A DNA stretch of 64,000 nucleotides, from positions 27,280,001-27,344,000 of the forward strand of contig NW_027266286.1 in the NCBI RefSeq assembly GCF_022045235.1, written 5' to 3'. Source of the DNA: Haliotis cracherodii. Taxonomy: Eukaryota. The notes under the pieces are model-generated. The model searched no databases and was not told the origin of the DNA. It saw only the letters and a program-made list of their open reading frames with translations. This document shows, piece after piece, positions 39,664 through 50,086 of this stretch (the stretch's first letter is position 1; each line of letters starts with the position of its first letter). The position numbers and the translations under genes are program-made.

Positions 39664-39964
39664 GATGTTCCTTCTCCAAGCTCTCTGAATAATTATCACA
39701 GCATCTGTTTCTGGTATTGGCCCTTCTCGTTTCTTCTTGACCACAACGAGGCTCTTCTGTGGGGACAGCTGTGGGGACAGCTGTGGGGACAGCTGTGGGG
39801 ACATGTCCTGTCGCTGTTGGTGTTGATAGTGTCGCTGTTGCAGGCGTTGTGATGGTGAGTTAGTTGCTCTTGGTGGCCCCTGGCTGTCCACACCTGACTT
39901 CCGCATCTGATTCGGTTTTTTGCTCTCCCACAACTGAAGAAATACTGTGCAAAACTCATCAAAC
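39664..39964 (-). CDS. C11orf65: MFI/C11orf65-like exon (low-complexity linker, SPQL repeats, IQ-like AVIIIQRAWRRNI)
   Basis: gttccag acceptor, ATC|gtaagt donor; IQ.AW motif corresponds to the N-terminus of vertebrate MFI. Confidence 0.85.
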
Positions 39965-40920
39965 CTGGAACAGAATTGAAAAAACAGATATGTCAAGAAT
40001 TGATCACGCCTTGTAGTCATTGTAGTCATGGATACAGGGGAGATAACAAAGTGAGAGAAAACTCACTTCTGCAATTCCGATGTTTTGTGAATCAATTACA
40101 AACGGAAAATTTATTTGTGAATGAATTTCTGTGTCATAAGTGGGGTGAATCTTGGAATTTAAACCCATCACTTACATCATTTGCAGGGATCTAGGATTTC
40201 AAAACCTATCACTTACATTATCAAGGTGCACAACAATAAATATCTGACACTCTGCAAGTTACATGATTGTGTTTAATGTTCCAAGTTGAACACGTTTCTT
40301 TCAATGTCACATATTCAGAATAACACAGATTAACTCTTTGAGTTAAAACCACCTCCAACACAATTATATCAAATGTTAATGAATACCAAATCTGAAAGAC
40401 ACATGTTCTAAACGTATGAAAGGTTAATTCACATGAGCATAAAGAATGTGTAATGAAATAATGCTTGATGAATAGAGATTATTATACGAGCATGAGTGTC
40501 ATACTGATTTTACTTTATGAGTGTCAGAATATTTTTATTTCCCGAGTGAGAGAGCAGTAATACAAGAATTCTTACACAAGTTTCGTAAAATCAGCGTAAT
40601 ACATATAGAGAATAATAATTTCTTTATTACCCATTATTTCTTAATTCTTTTGAGATCCCTTTTAGACAAAAAGCACTCATCACGACTGAGGGTATAAAGA
40701 CCACAATTGTCTATGCCATCAAGTTCAGCTATGACGTCATTCCGACCTTATGTCACAATAAGATTGGAAGGACATCAACAATGCCGTCCAGATGACATAT
40801 ACAATACACAGGTGCATGTGAAGTGATATTTGCACCAGTGCATATACAACTTTTATAAACACAGTTATTTCTAACCTTATGGGTAATAAACATATAGACA
40901 TCTGTGACAGCTGAACTTAC

Positions 40921-41015
40921 TGGGGTATCTCTTCAGACACCACTCCAATCGACTCAAGTTTCCTCATATATTCTTCATAGGCTATCATCATCTTGTCTTC
41001 AGCGGGCGGCTCTTC
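40921..41015 (-). CDS. C11orf65: MFI-like N-terminal extension exon (EEPPAEDKMMIAYEEYMRKLESIGVVSEEIP)
   Basis: ttcctcag acceptor, gtaagt donor; phase 0 to 2 fits neighbours. Confidence 0.7.
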
Positions 41016-41109
41016 CTGAGGAACATGGCATGAACTGATTCATATGAATAGGGACAGAGGGCGTTGGGTTTGCCGCTTTAACTTGGGATGTCATTGTATA
41101 TCGAGATAT

Positions 41110-41374
41110 TGATGTATCGTTTGCTATATTCCAGCTACATGATGCAGATGGCTGTCTGTAAATAATCAAGTCTGTGATCCAGTGATTGACATCATGAGCA
41201 TCAATCCACGCAATTGGGATACGATGACATGCATCAACCAAGTCTGCGAGTCTGACCACCCGATCCTGTTAGTCGCCTCTTATGACAAGTATAGTCTCCT
41301 CTGACAACAAGCATAGTTGCCTCTTATGACAAACATGGGTTGCTGAAGACCTATTCTAACCCAGATCTTCACAG
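41110..41374 (-). mobile_element. SINE-like family C copy
   Basis: Homology to other family C copies. Confidence 0.7.
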
Positions 41375-41770
41375 GATGGGGCAGATATGAACAGGGTGAT
41401 ACTGTTGTTTCATATCTGGTATCTGAGCAGCCCAGAGATTTATCACGGTATCATATTTACATGAAGACATGAATCTTTTCATGGATAACAACTTCATCTA
41501 TTTTTTTAACAACAGGGTTTCTAGATGAAGGATCAAGTCCATGTATATTCAGCAAATCCTGTGAATGCTCATGGCACGACACTATTACTCCAGTCAATGG
41601 ATCAGTGTGATTTTCATTCTCAGTTTCCAACTTCTAGACTTTATCATGTTTATGATATCTAGAATTAATTGGATAAATAAAAAGATAATTAACCACAAAT
41701 TGTCAGCCAATCAAAATAAATGTCACATATTACATTGGATTAGCTATGACGATATTTGACAAAATGTTAC

Positions 41771-41960
41771 ATGGTTCCAAATGATTTTGGAGACCACTGA
41801 TATAAGGGTTGACATCATCTCTACCTCGTCTAGGTAATCATCAACGATGATGTGGTCAAGCAGGTTCTCAACATCCTTCAGACGTTGTAGGTGCTGTTTG
41901 CTGTCGCTGTAGACGGCGGTACTGCTGGTCTTGGGTTCAACAGCATTATACACAGCACAC
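41771..41960 (-). CDS. C11orf65: MFI-like N-terminal extension exon (CAVYNAVEPK...LLDHIIVDDYLDEVEMM...IIWNH)
   Basis: atcccag acceptor, gtaaca donor; open frame; phase 2 to 0. Confidence 0.7.
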
Positions 41961-41978
41961 CTGGGATATATCATAATG

Positions 41979-42145
41979 AGTGAATGAGTGAATATGGTTT
42001 TACATCGCTTTTACTAACATTCCAGCAATATCATGGCAGGGGACACCAGAAATGGGCTTCACACATTGTACCCATGTGGGGAATAGAACCTGGATCTTCA
42101 GCGTGACAAGTGAACACTTTAACTACCAGGCTACCCCACCGCCCC
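41979..42145 (-). mobile_element. tRNA-derived SINE family D, full length
   Basis: TSD atcataatg at 41970-41978 and 42146-42154. Confidence 0.82.
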
Positions 42146-42216
42146 ATCATAATGGTGAAAAGTAGGACAATTATTATACAAGCAAACATGATATGGACAC
42201 AAAGAAATTTGTATTT

Positions 42217-42476
42217 CTTTGTTAGTTGTTTAACACCACACACAGCAATATTCCAGCTGTATGGTGGCAGTCTGTAAATCATCAAGTCTGGACCTGACAA
42301 TCCAGTGATTGACATCATGAGCATCAATCCATGCAATTGGGATATGATGTCATGCATCAACCAAGTCAGCGATCCTGACCACCTGATTCTGTTAGTTGCC
42401 TCATACGACAAGCATAGTCGCCCTTTGTGGCCAGGATGGGTTGCTGAAGACCTATTCTACCCTGGATCTTCACAGG
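42217..42476 (-). mobile_element. SINE-like family C copy
   Basis: Homology to other family C copies. Confidence 0.72.
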
Positions 42477-43139
42477 GGGCAGACAGAGAGAAAGTACAAA
42501 ACATTGCAATTGGTTTCATTGGTTCCAAACCGCACACAATATTGGATGGTGATGTAATAAATATTACATCACAACCATGTGATAGAGAAGTGACAGATTT
42601 AAGCTTTCTGGTGTCCGTAAATGTCAATTAAGTTTATCATGTTTGTTTGTATGTTTGTTTGTGTTTATTCAATTAGGTTTTTCATGTTCTTCAGCAACCC
42701 ACATCAATCACTAGATTGTCTGGTCCATGTTTGTTTGTGTTAACCGCCACACTCACAAAACCTTCAGCGGAAAGACAGGGGCCTGTGAATAATTGAGCCT
42801 GGATAAGACAATCCAGTGACTGATATCATGAGCAACAATCCACGTCATCGGGGTATGATGACATGCACTCACCAATCCATTCAGTCACCTGATGACCAGT
42901 GTAGGATGCTCGGGACCAGTTCTAACCTGGAATCCCCATGTGGGAGTTTCCTCCTACTGCCCAAAATGTATGGTGATACATTTTCAAATAATTATTTGAG
43001 GAACCACAACTTGACATCAGCAGTCTGCAACATTAGCCAGTGCATGGCAAACCTTTGTTTGCTCCATATATCAACACTTAAGTCTACAGCATATGATGCC
43101 AGAGACAAGTTCAGACTAGCAGACTCAAAAGTGTCATTT

Positions 43140-43395
43140 TTGTTTTGTTTGTTTGTTTGTTGTTTAACGCCTCACTCAACAGACGGCGGTCTGTAAATAA
43201 TCGAATCTGGACTAGACAATCCAGTGATTAATATCATGAGCATCGATCCACGCAATTGGGATCAATGATATGCATCAACAAAGTCAGCGAGCCTGACCAC
43301 CCGATCCTGTTAGTTCCCTCTTACGACAAGCATAGTCGCCTCTTACAGCAAGCATGGGTTGCTGAAGAGCTATTCTACCCCGGAATTCACGGGTC
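43140..43395 (-). mobile_element. SINE-like family C copy
   Basis: Homology to other family C copies. Confidence 0.72.
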
Positions 43396-43713
43396 CAAAA
43401 GTGTCTGGCACAGTCTGACCACTGTTATGAAAGAGGTACTTTAGTATAACCATTGGCAACCACTGTGGTGCAGTTACTTGAATTAGGGAAATGCTATTGT
43501 GATTTGAAACATTGGACTGACCAATAAGATAAGAGCATTCCTCAAGGTCATGGTGGAATTTTAAATTAAAAGTGGACAACCATTTGAACAAAGTTTGGTG
43601 TCATTGGCATCCAGGTATGAGAGTAACAGCAGTATCAGTCAGTGTTCTAAGAAGCTCACCTGGACTTATCATGCTTATAATCCAGGTGAGCTAAAAGTAA
43701 AAAAGTGTAATAC

Positions 43714-43805
43714 CTGACTTTGTATCCCCGAACATGTCGCTGTATCTCAATGGCAGCACTTATCCTGACATCCTCACTTTGTTTGTCACCAGATTGTATC
43801 ATGGA
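43714..43805 (-). CDS. C11orf65: MFI-like N-terminal exon with IQ motif (SAAIEIQRHVRGYKVR)
   Basis: ttttctttcag acceptor, AG|gtatta donor; fits IQxxxRGxxxR. Confidence 0.75.
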
Positions 43806-43937
43806 CTGAAAGAAAATAATCATGTTTTACTCTACCAAGGCATAATGGATGTGTCCGATGCTGTAAAATATCCCATTAATACAGGATGGTTTGTGTCTCA
43901 CTGTGGCCTGAACCATCTATATTATACAAATAATTGC

Positions 43938-44088
43938 TTTTGACGAGATCGATATGTGTAAACAAGGACCGTCGGAACCGACCCCTGAGGTGGTCAGACC
44001 AGACTTTGACGGGCAGCCTCTGTCCGGTCAGACTGCCGAAGGTGTCAGGTCCAAGGATCTTTGTTTTCGCATATTGACCTCATCAAAA
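43938..44088. repeat. Imperfect inverted repeat, possible DNA-element remnant
   Basis: ttttgacgagatcgatatgtgtaaacaagga pairs with tctttgttttcgcatattgacctcatcaaaa. Confidence 0.45.
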
Positions 44089-44931
44089 ATTATCAATCGC
44101 TTTGTTATACTGAAATTCACTTAAATGTTTATGAATCCATTAAACCATCATCTGTTACATTACAGTAACTTAGCTGCGGACCTTGAAATGTTCATAACAG
44201 ATTTGTTTTCTAGAAGACGAGGCAATATTCATCATGGGACAGGTCAATACTAATCATGTCACAAGTCAATATTCGAGGTCAGTGTCACATGATTTTGGGG
44301 TCTTAATTGAAATGTATTGTTTCATCATGAGCTATGGATTAACCAATGGAATTACAAGATTCTTAACAGAGGTATATGATATGAACAGATGGGTTCCTTT
44401 TGCATATATTGAAGTCCATTAAATCTACTTCTCTACTTCTAGTTAGTACTTGTGCTGGTAACACCATATTGCTAAATTGCCAATGCATAAATGGCACATT
44501 TAAGAATTTGCTTCGAACATAAAAAGAATACTTGTGTTTCAGGTAACCTGACCAAACAAATGTTTCACTTGTGGCCCAAATACTTTTATCTCACAAGAAA
44601 CAGTTGTCAAGAAAGCCATATTTTACATTTGGAAAAACATATTGGATGTTTCTGCATATTATCGTTGCAGTAGCTATTTGAATGGTATTTCGAGAAACAT
44701 TGAAACTAACATCAGTAGTCAAAAAGCCACCAGTCCAAACATTGTAAACACAAAATAAAATAACAAAAAAGAACCCTGCCTACCGATCTATACCTGCTGG
44801 ATCCATGTTACCTGCAACACAGGCTTTGTCTAACATTTGCCTTCGCATATGAAGCAGTGTTTCTAGAACAATGTTTAAACTGTACATGCACCATAAAAAG
44901 GAGGAAAAAAATACAAAACACAATAAGTTAC

Positions 44932-44981
44932 CTTTCGTATATCCTTTGGCCCTGCTGCTAGTTGTCTGTTCTTTAGGGATC
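44932..44981 (-). CDS. C11orf65: MFI-like second coding exon (SLKNRQLAAGPKDIRK)
   Basis: ttttaacag acceptor, AAG|gtaact donor; phase 1 to 0. Confidence 0.6.
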
Positions 44982-47018
44982 CTGTTAAAAAAGTGACTAT
45001 GAATGCCATATTTCCTTTAAATACACACTGAACCTAGATGTCAGGCTGTTAAAAGTCAAAACCAAATCAAACCACCTGGTCTCAAATAGACATCAGATCC
45101 AGAAACACAGAAATTCTAGTTTATATTCTACCCTGACATTTCAGAATCCTGTATACCACGAAAGAAAATATTTACTTGAAAGCCCATGTTTTGCAAATGC
45201 ACCCCTACTCCGCAATTTCAAATACTGATCTTACTTCATTGACGCAGTTAAATAATGAGTTGTGGTTTCTACATTATTTACAACAAGTGTGCCAATATAC
45301 TTCAGGTGGAAAACTTGATGAACAAATACTTAGAGTACTGTAATTTCAGAAACATCAACAGGACTTAAATTTGGGGGCTGCTCTATCACCATCTGAATGT
45401 CATCACAACATTTACACCATAATGTGACCTCGTTTCCTATTTGGGTGACGGTCAGGAAGGACCAGTGCCAACACAGGCCAACCAATTTTGTCAGACCAGC
45501 AAAATATCAGATTGAAAATAAAGACCATATCTTTATTTACATACAAAGAAGGGTTGAAACGATACATCAGTGCGCAAGTTTTTTATGCAACTATATACAT
45601 GATACATGATAGTTTTTTTCTGTATTGATGCAAGATGATACACTTTCTAAAATAAATGACTTACTACTCGTTTAATCATGTTAATGACACCCCAGAAATT
45701 TTGTCAGTCAAATATCACAAAATGTGTTGTAATTGGCGTTCCAAGTTCAATACTAAAAATAGCTTCATCAAAAAACATTTATACAGCTTGCTTTTCCTGT
45801 TGAACTTACTCTGAAATATTCATAGTCAAGATGTCTCAACACGATGTGATGTATATATATGTGTATCGTATTATGATCTATGTTACGTATCATGATACAT
45901 ATAGTATCATTTCACCCGTAATACAAAGCATATATGAGGTTGATACAAAACAAAACCATATAATTGTCTGAAAGAGCTTGGTGTTTATCGAATTACATGT
46001 CTGAACAACTGTTTGACACGAAAACATCTCCATGAAATGTGAAGCCTCTACCAGTTTGCAGTGTCTTTCAAGAATGGCTTATCAGTTGCCACTTAGGGAT
46101 GTTCTTTGTAATTTGTAATATTCTGCATCATGAAAAATACTTAGAATATGCAATTAAAGTAAAGACAAAATATCTGGTGGTACGATTATCAAAATTAATT
46201 AATTGCAAGCACCTACCATGCAGTGTTCCTTATGAACTCGCTCGTGGATATATTTAATTGACTACACACTCAGTTGCTACAACTAAAAATTGGTTTGATT
46301 TGACTGCTTATTGAGGAGTTGACGGTCATCCAGATAGTGCAAGTAGTTGTGGGGCAGATGAGACACAGAAAACATGGTCCAAGTTGACAGTGACCGCAGT
46401 AGTTGTGGAATAATGCCGTTAACAATGTACATGTACAATTAATATGAACATTAAAAACTAGCTTCGAAACAAAGTATGTGGGTGATACGCAATAACTGAT
46501 TTGTCTTTTAATGTATGTGTGTGTGTGTATATATGAAGTAAAAGGGATAATGCATATAAAATGAAAACAAAATGAATGAGTATTTATATAAGTAAAAACT
46601 TGTTGTTTTCGATCTGATATTGCACTGATCCGTTTAGACTATCAGTGGTCCTTCTTGACCAGACAAATGGGCTGTTATGACAAAATCGTCTGTTCCATTG
46701 GGTCACATATGCAAACATAATTTTTGTATAGGTAACAAGATGCAACAAAACAAATGAATTATATTTATCATACAGCTGTCATTTACAGTTGGTTTGTGCA
46801 ATGACATGGATGAAAAACGTGTTCTTAGTACTGCCTTCCCAAAGCACAATGACGACTTTTTTATAATAATTTTCACATAGATTAACAATTTGATTTTCAA
46901 ATTTGAGTGGGACAAGAACCGAAGCGCCGTAAAATCATTCAATTGATTTAATGTCAAAATACATAGGCCTAGTTAAAGTGTGTTAGTACATTCGAATCGT
47001 ATATGTCAGTTATCTTAC

Positions 47019-47070
47019 CTGGAAGGTTTGATATGTCTAGCAGATGTATAACCTCTTTCTGTTTAAGCAT
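47019..47070 (-). CDS. C11orf65: Putative first coding exon of the MFI-like gene (MLKQKEVIHLLDISNLPG)
   Basis: aaaATG context, CAG|gtaaga donor; total joined CDS 1665 nt, in frame. Confidence 0.55.
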
Positions 47071-47320
47071 TTTGGTATTTGTGGGTCTACTTTCCGCTGA
47101 TTTGATGATGGAATCAGGAATGTAAACAGTGAACACACGTTCAACACAGGTGCTCCTTGCGCTCTTAGTATTATGTTTTCGACCCCCTGTGCCACCACAT
47201 ATATGTATTATCTTCGTTAATCCGTTATCAGTGAAGCCCATACATATTCAAAACATCCTAAATGTGAGCGATGCTCAACCGTTTGCTGATGTGAACTTGG
47301 TTGTCAATTTCAACAAACAC

Positions 47321-47348
47321 CACTTCCTGGCCTACGAACATGCGCAGT
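47321..47348 (-). promoter_or_regulatory. Candidate promoter: ETS-like (cacttcctgg) and NRF1-like (catgcgca) motifs
   Basis: Motifs ~250 bp upstream of the putative ATG. Confidence 0.35.
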
Positions 47349-47586
47349 AAACACAGGGGAGATAATCCTACATCCTTAAGGATTTTACGAAGCTTTTTGC
47401 AATATTGAATCGGTGTGAGGTGGAAATGGAGAAATTAACAGTATAGTTTAGCAAAGAAAATCAAACCGTTCCTACGAAATAAATACACACGTCAGGGATG
47501 ATGATAATGGAATTTTGATAACATTAAGTACCCTATGCTGTGATGGTATGTTCAAAATTTGCCAAGCATTTGTTGGTTCACTTTGA

Positions 47587-47727
47587 GTGCTTTTAGCAAT
47601 ATTCCAGCAATATCATGGCCGGGGACACCAGAAATGGGCTTCACACGTTGTACCCATGTCGGGATTCGAACCTGGGTCTTCGGCTCGACGAGCGAACGCT
47701 TTAACCACTAGGCTACCCGACCACCCC
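47587..47727 (-). mobile_element. tRNA-derived SINE family D
   Basis: A and B boxes; TSD tggttcactttga at 47574-47586 and 47728-47740. Confidence 0.82.
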
Positions 47728-49467
47728 TGGTTCACTTTGACAAAATGCAGCTTCTTCATCTGGAATCATATATTGTTCCAAATCGTGGCAAGACTTCCGC
47801 CCGTATTCCCCCTAACACACACACACACACACATATATATATAATTAAAAATAATTGAACAGCAATGCATGCATTGATAACTTTTGTAGGTGGGATACGG
47901 GCAAAGGTCTTTCCAAAATACTTATTATTTTGACTTCATGATTTTCGATGTAGTTTCATAGTTTGAATATTGTCTACAGCAGCAACAACACTCCTTCAAG
48001 TGCTGCAACAGTAGTTTCAATGTACAAGTACTATTTTACAGCATAACAATCATTTCAACTTTCATATCGTATGTTTGTTGTTTTTGTCGATAGTGAGAGC
48101 TGAGTTTCAGTGTGAGGTTATGAAGGGAGCCCAATGCCATGCAGGTCAAAAATCATTTCCACTTGGGAGATGAACATTAGACTTCTTCTTTTTTCAGTTG
48201 GCCAATTGATCTGCCGAACCCAAAGACTGAGAAAATGGTAAGACAAAATTAAAATCAAAACCATTTAAAAAATATTTTTTTTCACAATAGAAGAAAAAAA
48301 ATGTTATTTTAGAAACTTGCATTGAAACATAAAAAGTACAGGGAGAATAAACATGTTGTCAAGCCAGTTTCAAAGAACAAGTTCCATTATCACAGTTTAA
48401 AATGACGAAGTCCAAATACAGGTACATGTCATTCCTGGGGAGAAAATCTATAAATCAGTGAACAAAAAACTAAAAATCTTATCTGAATAACTTCTCAACC
48501 AATCTGAAAGTTATCTTTATCAGTGCCCCCTAATGCGACTGAAAATGTGCAAGACAGTCTTTATTTTCTTGCGTCTATTACAGAATTTCTTATACAGAAA
48601 CAGCAGGTATATTTTTGCCCAGTAACTATTATTAAAGAAGGCTTAGTTTCATTGTCAATTGAACTAAGTTTGTCCACCAGATCTTTGAAAACAATTTTAA
48701 CTTGAGTATGGTTTTAATAGTGCCCCCTCTATCAATTTTCTGAGCATGCAGGGTGCTTATTATGGCAAATACAGTATGAGTTTTCAGATTAAAAGGTGTT
48801 AATAGGTATTTGTATTTGGAACCGACAGCGTTAGCATACTCAATAAGACCCCCAAATCTGAAAACCCAATGTTCATCAACATTATAAAATACAAAAGTTG
48901 TCAGTCCTTTTCTGAAGCACTCTCTCTTTATGTGAATTCTCAGTGTTGTTAGACCAACGTGACTTTACACTGGCATGACTAGAGGTCAAACTGGAATGTC
49001 ATCACGTCATGACATATTGATGATGTCATATGCTTCCATGATAACTGACCCAACCTGTTTTGCAGAATGTGGACAAAAGCAACGTAATCAAAGTTTTTTG
49101 ATAAATATTAATCAAACTTAACATTTGTAGTGTCGTATCCATTTTGCCAAGCTGAAAGGTACGGGGGTTTTCAAATTTTGGATTGAGAAAAAAAAGATGA
49201 ACAACAAAAAATGTATCCATACGCAGTGAAATGTACAAAAGATTTCCAATCCCATTTAACATTCTTTTACCAATCATATTACAGCAGACACTCACACTGA
49301 TTTTATAATCATCTCTAAATCAAAGACAACACTTTATATGCCATTTATAGGTTTTATTGAAAAGACACATCAGATACACACTTATAAAAGATGTATGATG
49401 GCAGGATGAAGAGTGACTGGAAGGATGATGTTCAGATCATGTGTCGTTACACTCGAAAAATCACATT

Positions 49468-50086
49468 TAGGGCTGGGACGAGTCCAAACTTACTACCCGG
49501 GTACCTATCCCCTATTACTCGACCCTACCCGGGGACTCGCTGTTGGTCTTAAGATTTACCGAAGTCCTGGCAAAAGCTGCTTAGATACATGCATAAAATG
49601 ATCTGATCTTAAACAAATAAAACTCAGATGGAATGCATCCATAGTCAGCAAGAAATGCGAACATATAGTGACTCGTTGTGTAACAGGAGTTATACTGTAT
49701 CATCATTAAACAATATATCACATGACAAACAGACCTGTCAAGATCCGGGGTAGAATAGGTCTTCATCAACCCATGTTTGCCGTAAAAGGCGACTATGCTT
49801 GTTGTAAGGGGCGATTAACAGGATCGGGTGGTCAGGCATGCTGACTTGGTTGATGCATGTCATCGATCCCAATTGCATGGATCGATGCTCATGTTATCAA
49901 TCACTGGATAGTCTGGTCCAGACTTGATTATTTACAGACCGCCTATAGCTGGAATATTGCTGAGTGCGGGGTTAAACAACAAAGCAACCAACATGACTAA
50001 CCACGGGTCCGGGTAGTCCTGTGGGTACCCGGGTCATTCTCAGGACCCACCCGACCTAAGTCCCCGAGTCACCCATCCCAGCCCTA
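49468..50086. mobile_element. hAT-type MITE carrying a nested family C SINE (~49726-49990)
   Basis: TAGGGCTGGGA inverted termini; 8-bp TSD atcacatt at 49460-49467 and 50087-50094; nested SINE flanked by acatgac. Confidence 0.85.

Noticed and set aside
38604-39852. STYNVP / CLQLTM / AFNLQC repeat ORFs
   Set aside because: Translation of the intronic 18-bp array, with frameshifting 17-bp units; antisense to the host gene
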